A stretch of 64,000 nt of DNA from Nemertoderma westbladi (GCA_032718475.1 JAUCBJ010002942.1:22802-86801); one strand, 5' to 3'. Shown: positions 10,134 through 24,879, counted from the first letter of the stretch. Notes: generated from the sequence alone by a model not told the origin. A program made the numbers and translations.

Positions 10134-13100
10134 GTTAAGTTGCAGATGTTGTGTTGTAAAGTTACATATATTGTGTTGTAAGGTTACAGAGATTGTGTTG
10201 TAAGGTTACAGAGATTGTGTTGTAAGGTTACAGAGATTGTGTTGTAAGGTTACAGATATTGTGTTGTAAGGTTACAGATATTGTGTTGTAAGGTTACATA
10301 GATTGTGTTGTAAAGTTACATATATTGTGTTGTAAGGTTACAGAGATTGTGTTGTAAGGTTACAGAGATTGTGTTGTAAGGTTACAGATATTGTGTTGTA
10401 AGGTTACATAGATTGTGTTGTAAAGTTACATATATTGTGTTGTAAGGTTACAGAGATTGTGTTGTAAGGTTACAGAGATTGTGTTGTAAAGTTACAGAGA
10501 TTGTGTTGTAAGGTTACAGATATTGTGTTGTAAGGTTACAGATATTGTGTTGTAAGGTTACATAGATTGTGTTGTAAAGTTACATATATTGTGTTGTAAG
10601 GTTACAGAGATTGTGTTGTAAGGTTACAGAGATTGTTTTGTAAGGTTACAGAGATTGTGTTGTAAGGTTACAGAGATTGTGTTGTAAGGTTACAGAGATT
10701 GTGTTGTAAGGTTACAGAGATTGTTTGTAAGGTTACAGATATTGTGTTGTAAGGTTACATAGATTGTGTTGTAAGGTTACAGATATTGTGTTGTAAGGTT
10801 ACATAGATTGTGTTGTAAGGTTACATAGATTGTGTTGTAAGGTTACAGAGATTGTGTTGTAAGGTTACAGAGATTGTTTGTAAGGTTACAAATATTGTGT
10901 TGTAAGGTTACAGATATTGTGTTGTAAGGTTACAGATATTGTGTTGTAAGGTTACAGAGATTGTTTTGTAAGGTTACAGAGATTGTGTTGTAAGGTTACA
11001 TAGATTGTGTTGTAAGGTTACATAGATTGTGTTGTAAGGTTACAGATATTGTGTTGTAAGGTTACAGATATTGTGTTGTAAGGTTACATAGATTGTGTTG
11101 TAAGGTTACAGATATTGTGTTGTAAGGTTACAGAGATTGTGTTGTAAGGTTACATAGATTGTGTTGTAAGGTTACAGATATTGTGTTGTAAGGTTACAGA
11201 TATTGTGTTGTAAGGTTACATAGATTGTGTTGTAAGGTTACAGATATTGTGTTGTAAGGTTACATAGATTGTGTTGTAAGGTTACATAGATTGTGTTGTA
11301 AGGTTACAGATATTGTGTTGTAAGGTTACAGAGATTGTGTTGTAAGGTTACATAGATTGTGTTGTAAGGTTACAGATATTGTGTTGTAAGGTTACATAGA
11401 TTGTATTGTAAGGTTACAGATATTGTGTTGTAAGGTTACAGAGATTGTGTTGTAAGGTTACATAGATTGTGTTGTAAGGTTACAGATATTGTGTTGTAAG
11501 GTTACAGAGATTGTGTTGTAAAGTCACAGATATTGTGTTGTAAAGTTACAGATATTGTGTTGTAAAGTTACAGATATTGTGTTGTAAAGTTACAGAGATT
11601 GTGTTGTAAAGTTACAGAGATTGTGTTGTAAGGTTACAGATATTGTGTTGTAAAGTTACAGATATTGTGTTGTAAGGTTACAGAGATTGTGTTGTAAGGT
11701 TACAGATATTGTGTTGTAAGGTTACATAGATTGTGTTGTAAGGTTACAGATATTGTGTTGTAAGGTTACAGAGATTGTGTTGTAAGGTTACATAGATTGT
11801 GTTGTAAGGTTACAGATATTGTGTTGTAAGGTTACAGAGATTGTGTTGTAAGGTTACATAGATTGTGTTGTAAGGTTACAGAGATTGTGTTGTAAGGTTA
11901 CAGATATTGTGTTGTAAGGTTACAGAGATTGTGTTGTAAGGTTACAGATATTGTGTTGTAAGGTTACATAGATTGTGTTGTAAGGTTACATAGATTGTGT
12001 TGTAAGGTTACAGATATTGTGTTGTAAGGTTACAGAGATTGTGTTGTAAGGTTACAGAGATTGTGTTGTAAGGTTACAGATATTGTGTTGTAAGGTTACA
12101 GAGATTGTGTTGTAAGGTTACAGAGATTGTGTTGTAAGGTTACAGATATTGTGTTGTAAGGTTACATAGATTGTGTTGTAAGGTTACAGAGATTGTGTTG
12201 TAAGGTTACAGATATTGTGTTGTAAGGTTACATAGATTGTGTTGTAAGGTTACAGATATTGTGTTGTAAGGTTACAGAGATTGTGTTGTAAGGTTACATA
12301 GATTGTGTTGTAAGGTTACAGATATTGTGTTGTAAGGTTACAGAGATTGTGTTGTAAGGTTACAGATATTGTGTTGTAAAGTTACAGAGATTGTGTTGTA
12401 AAGTTACAGAGATTGTGTTGTAAGGTTACAGATATTGTGTTGTAAGGTTACAGATATTGTGTTGTAAGGTTACAGATATTGTGTTGTAAAGTTACATAGA
12501 TTGTGTTGTAAGGTTACAGATATTGTGTTGTAAGGTTACAGAGATTGTGTTGTAAGGTTACATAGATTGTGTTGTAAGGTTACAGATATTGTGTTGTAAG
12601 GTTACAGATATTGTGTTGTAAGGTTACAGATATTGTGTTGTAAAGTTACAGATATTGTGTTGTAAGGTTACAGAGATTGTGTTGTAAGGTTACAGATATT
12701 GTGTTGTAAGGTTACAGATATTGTGTTGTAAAGTTACAGATATTGTGTTGTAAGGTTACAGATATTGTGTTGTAAAGTCACAGATATTGTGTTGTCAAGT
12801 TACAGATATTGTGTTGTAAAGTTACAGATATTGTGTTGTAAGGTTACAGAGATTGTGTTGTAAAGTTACAGATATTGTGTTGTAAGGTTACAGAGATTGT
12901 GTTGTAAGGTTACAGATATTGTGTTGTAAGGTTACATATATTGTGTTGTAAGGTTACAGAGATTGTGTTGTAAGGTTACAGATATTGTGTTGTAAGGTTA
13001 CATATATTGTGTTGTAAGGTTACAGAGATTGTGTTGTAAGGTTACAGAGATTGTGTTGTAAGGTTACAGAGATTGTGTTGTAAGGTTACAGATATTGTGT

Positions 13101-13456
13101 TGTAAGGTTACAGATATTGTGTCGTAAGGTTACAGATATTGTGTTGTAAAGTTACAGAGATTGTGTTGTAAGGTTACAGATATTGTGTTGTAAGGTTACA
13201 GATATTGTGTTGTAAAGTTACAGATATTGTGTTGTAAGGTTACAGATATTGTGTTGTAAGGTTACAGATATTGTGTTGTAAGGTTACAGAGATTGTGTTG
13301 TAAGGTTACAGATATTGTGTTGTAAAGTTACAGATATTGTGTTGTAAGGTTACAGATATTGTGTTGTAAGGTTACAGATATTGTGTTGTAAGGTTACAGA
13401 GATTGTGTTGTAAGGTTACAGAGATTGTGTTGTAAGGTTACAGATATTGTGTTGTA
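10134..13456. repeat. Intronic minisatellite, 22-bp unit gtaaggttacaga(g/t)attgtgtt, ~150 copies
   Basis: Continuous tandem array filling nearly the whole intron; first unit starts exactly at the donor GT. Confidence 0.98.
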
Positions 13457-13568
13457 ATCTTACCAAGTCGTAATGTTGTCTGTAACGTTTCTGTTGTCAT
13501 TATTATTGAGGAAAAATACTTTAATTGATTTTAATACTTTGCTGTAACGATGTTTTAATGTTGTTTAG

Positions 13569-13694
13569 GCCATATCGCAGTTTGCTATATCAGGTAGTCG
13601 GCAGACCTATGTTACTAGGCAACCTGAATCTCCACATCAACGGAGTCCTTCTAGAGGTGACCACAGCGATGTATTCAATGATTCCATTAACTGA
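13569..13694 (+). CDS. Terminal coding exon of the same coiled-coil gene
   Basis: tgtttag acceptor; AISQFAISGSRQTYVTRQPESPHQRSPSRGDHSDVFNDSIN* in frame with the previous exon; AATAAA at ~13847. Confidence 0.65.
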   Translation, partial: AISQFAISGSRQTYVTRQPESPHQRSPSRGDHSDVFNDSIN

Positions 13695-14001
13695 ACTAAA
13701 TGATGATAATGGTCGTAATATTCGTTAACATGTTAACATTCAAAGAAATTTATTCAACAAACTGTGTCCCTGAATTCATAGAGCGCATAGTTCTGTTGTA
13801 ACACAATAGTGTAACGCCGATAGGTTTATAATAACGTTGTTGAATTAATAAACCTTGCGAGTTAATTTTATTCGTACTTTTGTAAATATTGTAAATATGT
13901 ATATTTGTTTGTATAGGTGCTTCGAATTTAATATGTGCGATATTTAGATAAAATAATTATAATGTTAATAATATCGAATTTTTAAGGCAATAATCATGCA
14001 A

Positions 14002-14341
14002 CTACTAATAGGATCGGCATGCTGCATTGCAGCTGCATTTTCAAGAATGCTGTGCCGGCTTATCGACAAAATTGCACCGCCACAACTCCCTATCACCCAT
14101 GACATTTACTAGATCATCTGCATCTTCAAGGCCAGTGCATGCTTATTCACTCCATGAGGCTGCCAAAGTACAAGATTATGCACTGGCTGGTCCTCATGGC
14201 GAAAGCAATGTCCTGCAAAGCGGAGGCGAATTTGTTCTATTGTCAAGCTTGGGGGAACCAATGAGACACCTCCAATGTTATATAGTGTCTGGTTGGAAAT
14301 GTGTGCATTGTACTCCCATAGAGGAGTACTGGAACTACTGC
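14002..14341 (-). mobile_element. 3' fragment of RTE-like LINE family A, internally deleted
   Basis: Matches the 3' end of 56726-58232, including (TAG)n tail and ggatcggcatgctgcattgcagctgc. Confidence 0.85.
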
Positions 14342-15404
14342 CATGATATGTAATAGATATGATATATGCTTTTATTGATCCATATGCACTTCTCCAGTCT
14401 GCCGCTAGTGGGCGAAACGTTTGAGTTAGACAAAAACTATGTAATGGAAAATCTGCTCCATTATATTGTGTTGTTGTTTATTTCTTTCGAGTACATTCTT
14501 AACATGAACTTATCTCATTTGATACGCGAAGGTGCCACTTATGCAATGCGTCACATATTGTTTGAGTTAGGTTAGTTAGGGTTAGTAAGTTATAAATAAC
14601 TAACAAGATTCTACCTTTTTCGGTTGTTTTTTACACTTCCGATTCCAAGTTCACTTGCTGTAGCTCACGTTGTATTGCACGTATAATGTATGAATGAATT
14701 AGAGTCAAGTAGCTTTCAGACTAACCTGTGGTCGACGAGGAACCCGCAAGCGTTTCAAAATATCACGAAAAATTACTATTTTTGCTTCATCCTAATCCCT
14801 GTAATTAAAATAATTAATAAAAATTGATTAACGCCAACTCAATTTGACGGCTTTTGTTAGAAACATTGACAAGTGGATTCTTGTGTTTTATGAAACTCGA
14901 ATCGCCTTGGAGCATACATGATCGGCCAGCTCTATGGTGTAATGATGACGACACCGTATCATTCGTTCAGCTATCCTCCCAGCAATAGCTGTGTCTGGAA
15001 ATACTTTTAACCGGTTGGATTGCAGGGTGGAGATGGGTTCCACTATCATTGATTATGGTTGTGTTGGTTGTTTATTGTTTGTTTATTGTTTTGTTTATAT
15101 CGGTAAGTAAACCCGCCACCAAGCACAGGATTTTATATTTTAACACGAACGTGTTAGTATGATTGGATTGATGGAGGTGAGTTGGAAAGATGCAGGAGAC
15201 CAGTTGGACAGCCGAAGCTTGATAGGTACTGGTCTTCTGAGAAATAGTTTGAATTGTATTATGCGATGCAGAAAAGAGAAAGAAAATATGAAAATGACCT
15301 GAGTATAGAATTAGGAGTACTTGTTAATGAAGGTTAACAGATGTTAGAGAGAGTGATTAAATAATCCAAAAAAAACGACGATAATTATATTGTAATATTA
15401 AACT

Positions 15405-17150
15405 TATTCAGCAGTAGGTGTTTTTGAAATGCTTTGACGAAAAGGTGCTTTTTATTTAACAGTTTGATTACATTTGGTATCTCGTTCCAGATTAGAGGAA
15501 CATTATACCATATTGAGAATTAACCTTTAACTGTATTGAAACGTGGAACAAAAAAAACGATTATTTGTGTTTTGGAGATTATAGCGGATATTTGACTTTC
15601 TAAATATATTGGCGAACCCTACTGGTAAATTATCATTAATAACATCGAACATTAATTTGCCTACATTTAGTTTAAACAATGATTGTAGCGGAAGTATTTC
15701 GAACTGTTTATATATAGGTATGGAGTGTGCGTCCCTGTCACTAAAAGTTATAGCTCTAACTATTTTATTGACTTGGACCCTAATACGCTTAATATAAGTC
15801 TCAAAAGTAGAACCCCATAATTCCAGTCCATACAGTAGTTTAGTATGTACCAGTGAGAGACAGGGGGGGGGGGGGGGGGGGGGGGAACTGGACGCAAAAC
15901 CCGCCTTGGCGAATTAATATCCCGCCTCAATAAGTTTCAATTTAGGGAAAGGAGCAGGTTACAGTGGAACGTTATTTTAGCCAAAACAATAAACTAAACA
16001 CCATAGAACAGGTTACAGTTTTATTTTTGAGAGAAATCAGCTGTTATTTGCGTCGAATTTCCCCTGGAGAGGGATGCATTTTTATTGCGTCCAGTTTCCC
16101 CCCTATCTGACCAGTGAATATTATATCGACTTTAAAATATTGAGTGGCAACTTGTAACGTAGTTTATAAAATAATTACGCTTAAGTAACTGGTGATTCTT
16201 AATTTTAACTTTTGGAGCTGAATCCGTTCGTTGTCTTATTTGTAAATAAACAATAAATGGGTTTAGACATATTTAGTGATAGCTTATTTTTTTTTATTTA
16301 ATAATGTCTACAAGATTATGGCTACGTAATAAACAGGTATCATCCGCGTAGAGTACACTAAGTTACTGTGGGTAGATCATTTATATAAATTAAAAAAAGT
16401 AATGGTCCAAGTATTAAACCCTGGAGGACACCAGTCGTTATTGGTCGACAATTGGATGACGATAATTGCGCAGCAACAATTACCTCGAGGACTTTCCCGA
16501 AAACAGGAAGTAGCGAAATTGTTCGGTAGTTGGATGGATCAAAAGGGGAGGCATCTTTATGTATGGGAACCACGGCCGCCTTCTTAAGACAATACGGAAA
16601 GATGCCCCTTCGTTTACACAGATTAAATAAGGAACATAGATGTCCGACGAAGAATGGTGCAGCAATTTTTAACAGTTTAACTGGCAATGGGTCATTGGTT
16701 GATTTGAATATCGTGAATTATTAACATTAACTCAGCTTCTGACGTCTCAGTAAGTATGAATAAACGCATATTCGATTTTTTTATGTACGATATGGGGTCA
16801 GATTTATATCCAGGGGTTCCAATTGTTGACGCCAATTTAGTCCCTATTGATAAAAAAAAAAAATGATTAAATACACTGGCTATATCACCTTTACCGGTAA
16901 CTATTTCTTTTGTAGAGGGGTCAATGACCTTCGTCGGGCATTGTCTCTTGCCTTTATTGGATAAGATGTTATTAATTACCTTCCAAACTTTCCGGGATTG
17001 TCCTATATGTATGATGGTTCAGCATAGCCAATAGTAGCAGTCAATGTATTTCTAGAACATTTAAAATTATTCCAGGCACCAGTAGTAGGTTGCTGAAGGT
17101 ACATCTTATATAGCTTATTTTTTTTATTGATTGACCTTAAAAGCGCTGGT
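15405..17150 (-). mobile_element. Decayed CR1/L2-clade LINE (RT fragments)
   Basis: ORF 16358-16687: KAAVVPIHK..SNYRTISLLPVFGKVLE, GVLQGLILGPLLFLIYINDLP; boundaries approximate. Confidence 0.8.
15857..16109. mobile_element. MITE with G-tract TIRs and 8-bp TSD, inserted in the CR1/L2 LINE
   Basis: TIR gagacagggg..aactggacgcaa / ttgcgtccagtttccccc..tctg; TSD ACCAGTGA (15849-15856, 16110-16117). Confidence 0.85.
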
Positions 17151-17917
17151 GGTGTGATCTATGGCCTCATGCTAACATGTGTACTAAGAAAAACCTAAAC
17201 TACCCATATGCTCTTTCATTGTAATGCATCCATTGGTTATTATTTAAAATCCTTATTATTATGCACTGGTATGGTAGACAATTATTATTAAACATTTACC
17301 GTTTCAGCATAACGAGCTCTCATTGCAATGTTAGCATTTGACTGGTAGTTGACATATGGGATGGCTTCATTCAATAGTAATGAGTTTTATTTATTTATAA
17401 AGGCGTAACTTTATTGTATAATCGGTGCCGATTTGAATAAACCCATTCGGCCCTAAATATTTATTAATTGAAGTGCCATGACATTTAAGACGATGTGGTA
17501 AATAAGGTCATGTGATGCAATGGACTGATAGCTAACTAATACTATTGATTTGGCTTTGAAACTGATGACATTTAAAGCAATGCCAAATTCTCACAAAACA
17601 ATTTCTAATTCCTTCATTGTTGGCTAACCGGAACTGTTAGTTACTTATTTGTTTCCTGCATACACCATGTCCTGGAATATAGTGTAGTAAGGCCGCGTTC
17701 ACACTACCGAATCAAAGTCAAAGTCAAAAGAAAATAAATATAGCTAGCTAGCAATAATAAATAATAATACATTATATAGGCCTAATATAAAAACCTGAAT
17801 ACCTGAATAACAACGACACTATACTGTATTCAAGGACATGGTGTAGTAAAGTGGCACTTATTAGTACAGTTTGGGTTGTATGTCAATGAACCTCAATTTG
17901 TATCAATATATATATAA

Positions 17918-18190
17918 TATATGGAATGGGGGTGGGGGGGGGGGGGGGGGGGGGGGGGCTTGACGCTAATTCCATCTCTGCGAATTAATATCTCGTCCCA
18001 ATTAACATTAAATTATCAATTAATTAAGGGAAAGGAGCAGGTTACAGTGGCATGTTATTCTAATCAAAACAATTAACTAAAGTCAATACCACGTTACAGT
18101 TTTAATTTTGTGATTAATCAGCTGTTATTTGGGTTGATTTTCTCCTAGAGAGGGATACATTTTGAATGCGTCGAATTTTTTCCTATATGT
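17918..18190. mobile_element. Diverged relative of the G-tract MITE
   Basis: Shares G-tract, gggaaaggagcaggttacagtgg, aatcagctgttattt, gagagggat. Confidence 0.7.
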
Positions 18191-18511
18191 CCCATCAACA
18201 TTATTCATAAGTTGACTCGCAGAGGATTGTTACTGTACTACCGTAGATCACCATGAAGTCAATGTCTCCCAATGTATGAAGGAATAAACCAAGCATACGC
18301 TGTCAAGAATATTTAAATAGAATTTATACCTGTTTACTGTAATTACATGTGGAAATCGTCGTATCCTGCCAAAAGCAAACAATTGAGTTAGTGACGTGAG
18401 CCATGAGCGATACCGTATGGTGAAGAATGGATTGCCACGTGCGTCATCATTACGCATTCTCTACAATAGTGAAATGGTAACGTTATGTACAGTAATGTCA
18501 GTTAGGGGGAC

Positions 18512-18950
18512 TTTTTTTCAGAGGTTCTCCGTGACGTCATAATTTATGGCAGCGACCAAAAATTAATTTATGGCGTCGACCAAAATTAATTTATGGTCGA
18601 CCAAAAATTAATTTATGGTCGACCAAAAATTAATTTATGGTCGACCAAAAATTAATTAATTGTCGACCAAACATTATTAATTTATGGACGACCATAAATT
18701 AATTCCTATGGTAGTTTGAATTTCCCGGTAACTTGTAGGTCGAGATTTTGATTGGCCATTCATTGGTTAGGGTAGTGGGAAACCATCCAATTGCACGTTT
18801 ATCTAATATCTGAATGTAATTAATCTGTCCAAATCTCGCCGTACACGGTACCGGGAAATTCAAACTTCCCGAAATTAATTTTTGGTCGACCATAAATTAA
18901 TTTTTGGTCGACCATAAATTATGACTTCATGGAGAACTTCTGAAAAAAAA
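18512..18950. mobile_element. Foldback-type element with internal 23-bp tandem units in inverted orientation
   Basis: ttttttcagaggttctccgtgacgtcataatttatgg vs ccataaattatgacttcatggagaacttctgaaaaaa; units tggtcgaccaaaaattaattta; no clear TSD. Confidence 0.65.
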
Positions 18951-19499
18951 ATCAATTAATTGGCAAAGATCAGCCACCGTAGAATATCAACTATATATTT
19001 GATTTAAAAAAAAGTAGGAATGTATTTCATGCCGGGTCGAATGGGAAGATTTCCACGAACGAGGGTAAACGAAGTGAGTTAAATATGAAACGAGAGCTTG
19101 AAAGTGATATACAGGTAATTTATTTAATTTATTTTTAGTTAAATCGATTAAGATTAAAGTAAATATTATACCGGTACCATCGTACCGGTAACAACCATGT
19201 AGCTTTGTGCTGTCTGAAGCATACAGAGGTAATAAATAGGCATAAATGTACTACAGTATGTGTAGGCAGCGACGCGACAGAATGAGTGACACCGGTCTTG
19301 TCCTGGTACGTTACCGGTAAGGACCAAAATATCATTTGCCATCTGTGATGAATGACTTACTGTTAGGCCTACCTCAGCGTGAGCGTAAAATACGGTACAA
19401 TCATACTGAAAGAATACTGTTACTTTTATAGACTAGAAAATAAAATAATATATTTGGATAGGATAGCAATTCACTCATACATTATTTCTATTATGTAAT

Positions 19500-22400
19500 C
19501 TCCAGGAATCACACCCCTGAAGAATGTAGTATTATTGTCAAACGATACAAGATACAATGCTATATTATAAACCTACATTGGAACTACAGATGACTCATCT
19601 AAAAATATACTATTAAAATCTTGGGGCGGTTCGGATCTCGTCGAGTTTATGAAGACTGATGCCAAGGTCCTGCAACAGGCATAATGGTGGCTCAACGAGC
19701 AGATACCTACAAACAGATCATAGACAAAACCAAAGCTGAAATGACGAGAATGGTGAATAGAACCGTGGCTATGTACAATCTCTTAACCACAAAACAGGGT
19801 AGTCATGATGGATGGAATTCATAAAACAGTTGGAAAAAAGGCATGCATTCTAAATTTTGATACTCAACCATACAGACACAAAGATGCTGTTAAAGATGCA
19901 ACAATATACGGCATGATGGATTCCAGACTGAAAGAAAAATCTCCGACTGAGGATCCTGACTTGGAAACACTTGTCAGTTGGGGTCAAGCACGAGAAACAG
20001 GAAGAGATGGAGCTTATAACCTAGGAGATACAACATAATCCTTAATAAAGCACATCAGCAACAATGAGTCCTTCCAGGATGATGTCGAAAATGAACTAGT
20101 CAATATAATTGATACACTGACAATTATGAAATTGAAACGCCAGGGCAAATACAACATTCGAAACCAAAGAATGGATCTTCCCCAAACAAGAGAGGGAAAA
20201 TATAATAGACAACCAGGAAAATGTAAGGCATGTGCATTGTGTATCAGACCATCCTGCAGGTTGATGTCCCGTACATGGCAAACAGTGCTACTCTTGCAGT
20301 GGCAGGAATCACTTCAGTAGAACACCAGCATGCCCAAACAAAATAAGGAGAATTAACACCCAGTATGTTGAACCTGATTAGGATATGGCCAAAAGGGAAG
20401 ATGAAACCTATTTTGAGACCATTAACAGACCAACCATACAATCGAATAGAGCAACGAATAGAGCAATTTTGTTGGCCTGGTGTTGATAGTGAGGCAATGC
20501 CACTGATGATGATGAGCTTCACAATAAAAATGACAACTCAAAATGGGTTAACATATATATAGGAGGAAAAGACATGAGTTTATACACAGACACAGGCAGC
20601 CCATTCACCATTATTCCCCCACAACTATGTTCCACTAAAATTGGTAAAATACAATCAGCAGACACTCACTTCAGGGCATGGGGACTACTACTAGGTCGAG
20701 CGAACTCGGACAGTAGAAATGAGATCCTTCCAGGCTTCCTGATTCTCCATAGTTGTCGCAATTTCGTTTCTCTCAAGTTCAGTATCCCTTTCAAGTTGAT
20801 CTATATATGTTATGGCTGGTCGTCTACGACTACGCTTTCCATGGGTTGGTTGCCAGAAAAGTAGATCTGGTATGACCTCGCCTCGTGGTTGATACAGGTG
20901 GTATTGTACTATAAAGCTCGGCGTTTGTCATGTGTTGTCTCCAGCTGATGTTTAGGGCTGCCCTTAGTAGTCTTGTGTAGCAACCATCAATTCGTTGTTC
21001 AAGTAATTTAGTCAGTGTCCAGGTCTCACCCCCGTATAAAAATACACTTTCCACTGTGGCTCGAAAGAACTTAGTCTTCAGGTGCCTGGAGAGATCTCAT
21101 TTCCAGATGGTATCCATTTTTGATAGAGCTACCCAAGCCTTTGCTTTCCTAACTTTTATGTCCTTTTTGCTACTCTCTATCCATGATCCAAGGTACTGGA
21201 AGTCGTCGACCTTCCTTAGTTGATTATTATCAATGGTTGTCAAGTTTCCATCAACATTAAAGGTCATGAATTCGGTCTTGATAGCATTTATATGCACTCA
21301 AACCTTCTTAGCAGCCCTCTCCACTTTATTTAGTAGAAGCTGTACATCTACTAGCATATTAGAGAGCAGGGCGATGTCATCCGCAAAGTAGGTGTCTGTG
21401 ACTTGTAGAGGGCAGGGGGACACTCTACAAATTTAAATGTCAAAGGCATGATACAAACAAAACTTACAACTCAAAAAGGGGCATCCGTTCATACAAAGAT
21501 ATATGTAGTAGATGGATATCAACCAGAACCACTGTTGGGTGATGGTGATGCACAGCAACTGGGATTCATCACTTTTAATAAGGAAGGAAGGGAACCATAC
21601 CCTTCAGAGAAATCACTCACATCAGCCCAAAATGCGATGATATAGGCTTCATGAGGTTCTTAATATTACAGTTAAAACAGAGAGACAACCAGAACAACCA
21701 ATCCAAACAACCATCAACCAAATCCCATCAACAAAGAAAAACAGAAGGTAATGGCATTGGTGAAGGAATACGAAGGCCTGGTCTTTAATTAAAATAGAGT
21801 TGGAAAAATTGATGCTGACCCAGTGTGTCTAAACTACAAGAACAATTTTACACCTGTGCAACCAAGATTTCACAACATTCCCATACATTACCAAGAACAA
21901 GTAAGTGAGCTCCTAGGATTTCTCAGGCAATAAGGCGTTATAACAGATGTCGACCCGCGAAAGTAGTATCCCATTATAATGAATGCAGTAATCACAGACA
22001 ATAAAATGTCCAAATCAGAATGAATATTGATAACACTCCATGTAATAAAGGAATGCAAAGGACAAAATTCCATGTGCAGACCCCACAAGAAATCCGACAT
22101 GATCTCAAGGAAGCCAAGATCTTTACAGAAATGGATATGGGTTGGGGCTTCCTCCAACTCAGTCTTGAAACATCAAAGGAGAAAGCAATCTTTCAAAATC
22201 ATGAAGGAATTTACTGCATGGAAAGATTATACTTTGGCCCAACATCCTCTTCTGGAATATTCCATAGTGAAGTAAGAAAGGCACTCAGTGGCTTGAAAGG
22301 CGTCACAAATCTACATGAGAACATCCTAGTATAGTACAGAACCTAGAAGAACACTACGAAAATCTGAAAGCATGCCTAAAGAGGTTTGCAGAAAAGGGCA

Positions 22401-24703
22401 TTGAACTAAAAAAAAAAAGCAAGTCAACATATTGCATGATGGAAATTCAGTGGTTTGGAAGAACTTTCACATCATCCGGTGTGGCAGCGGACAGAAACAA
22501 AATCGATTTAATTATTGAAAGGTGCCAACCAGCAACCATAGAAGACATAAGGTCATTCTTAATGGCATGCCAATATAATGCTAAGTTTACGTTTGATCAT
22601 CCTGCAATCCCCGAATCATATGCAGAGCTAACAAAACCATTAAGGGATCTTCTAAAAAAAGATTCCCACTTTAATTGGAAGGAAGAAAAAGAACGAGCAT
22701 ATGCAAAGTTGACAACGATAATGAACACGTTGACCACTCTGTGACCTTACGACCCGCTCAAAAAGTCACACTATTTAGCAGATGCATCAGAAGAGGAAAT
22801 GCAAGCACGATAATGAACACGTTGACCACTCTGTGACCTTACGACCCGCTCAAAAAGTCACACTATTTAGCAGATGCATCAGAAGAGGAAATACAAGCGA
22901 GTCTCTATCAGGAAGAAAGTACAGGAAACTGGATACCAGTTGACCATACAAGTCGAGCACTCACCCCAACTGAGCACAACTACAGTCCCATAGAAAGGGA
23001 AAGTTTAGCACAGACCTGGGGCATGGAACAGTTCAGATGCTACCTCGTTGGCGCAACTTGCACAGCCTGGACCGATCACCAACCTATAGTTCAGATATAT
23101 AACAATACCAATAAGCCAACCGTGAAACGTATATCTCGTCTAAGAGACCGCATACAGGATCTCAAGTTCACAATGAAATACCTGCCAGGAAAGCAGATGC
23201 CTTGTGATCATGGCAGCAGACACCCCAATCCAATAAACCACTTAGTCATTGAAACTCAAGAGAAACTCGGATTTGATATTGGAACAGAAATATCTGTACG
23301 CAAACTTGCTTTCAGCAATTAACCAGATGAAATAACTCAGGCACAACTAGAATCAGCTGCAAAACAAGATAAAGTCTATTCAAAAGCAATACACGCAGTT
23401 AAAAGGGGAAAAGAGAATGAAGTCCATAGCGCCTTCAAACAAATATGGTATGAACTCAGCATAATTGAAGGAATATTACACCGAGGAAATAAACTCATCA
23501 TTCCAGATGCGGAATCCTTCCCAGGTTCAGGAAATCTGCAGAAGACAATAATAGACGTAGCTCATGAGGGACACCCATGCATAAATACAATGAAAAGACA
23601 CTTGCTTGAGAAGGTTTGGTTTCCTAACATGGACTCAATGGTGGAAGACAGGGTAGAAAAATGTCTCGGATGTCAGGCCACAACACCCTCCAAACAAAGA
23701 GACCCCCTCATACCAACCAAACCACCTCACTCTCCCTGGGAGAAATTATCTGCTGATCACTGGGGCCCCACTCCAGATTGGAAATACATTCTCATGGTGA
23801 TCGATGAACTGTCAAAGTATCCCGAGGTAGTTATAGTAAAGGGAACAAGTGCAAATGATAATATAGCTGCTTTTGATAGCATATTCTCTAGACATGGTTT
23901 CTGCAAATCTTTAAAGACAGAAAATGGACCTCCTTTTAATGGAGGCGACTCACACCCGCTCCAGCAATACTTCAAGTGAGCAGGAATCAGCCACCATCCA
24001 ACACAGCCCAGATGACCCAGAAGCAAATGGGTTAGCAGAAGCCTTCATGAAGCACTGCACCAAAATTTGGCACTCATCCATCATAGAACACCGTGAACCA
24101 CAGGCTGAATTAAACAAACATCTCAGAATGTTTCGATCTACACCGCATCCAACAACCGGTCTCTTACCAGCAGAGGTGCTATTCGGTTGGAAAATGAGAA
24201 ATCGACTACCGCAGCTAATGAGGAACGAAAGTAGACAGGACAACGAAGTTGAGAAAGCCAAAGAGAAGTCGGAAACTGAAAAGACCAAACAGAAGGCACA
24301 TAAGGATAACAAACCATATGTCCGTGGTCACAGAATAGAGGTCGGAGACGAAATACTTTTCCAACAGAGGAAAACGAAAACTGATCCACCATATGATCCC
24401 AATTCCTACATAGCCACAGCTGTAATGGGGCATCAAATAAAAGGTAGACGGTATTCGAGAGAAATAACTAGGGATGCCCAGCGTTGGAAGAAAGTCAAAG
24501 TTGAACCTACCATCGATTACGATCAAATACGTATCAACGAGTTGCATCAACATCTCAATCAATATGGAAGTGACGATGAGATTGATCAGTCGAAGCACTT
24601 CTGTGCGACCAATCAAAACTCAGTGGTACCTGATGATCCCTCAAATCCAGAACCCAGGCGCTCTAATCGAGAACGGAGACAGCCAGACTGGTACAGGCCT
24701 TGA
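19500..24703 (+). mobile_element. Decayed Ty3/Gypsy retrotransposon internal region (gag-PR-RT-RH-IN)
   Basis: YTDTGS protease, RT (DMGWGFLQL, RLYFGPTSSSGIF), RH (TDHQP), IN (WFPNMD..CLGCQ, ADHWGP, ENGPPF, PEANGLAE); many stops and frameshifts; no LTR pair recognised. Confidence 0.9.
20685..21408 (-). mobile_element. 5'-truncated RTE-like LINE family B inserted into Gypsy protease
   Basis: (TAG)n tail; YFADD, FQYLGSWI, VFLYGGETWTLT; 12-bp TSD agggca(t/g)gggga at 20673-20684 and 21409-21420. Confidence 0.9.
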
Positions 24704-24879
24704 GAGGACTCTATGGACTCGAGCACCAAGACTCTATACATAGAAACCGTTTACTTGTGTCAGAGGTATCACTATTGTGTTTTTTACATTTGGTTGAGGG
24801 TAAATTTCATGCAAGTGTAACATGGTCCCTTTTTAGTGATTAAGATACAGTCTTTCGTAAGTCTGATACTGACAGAAAC

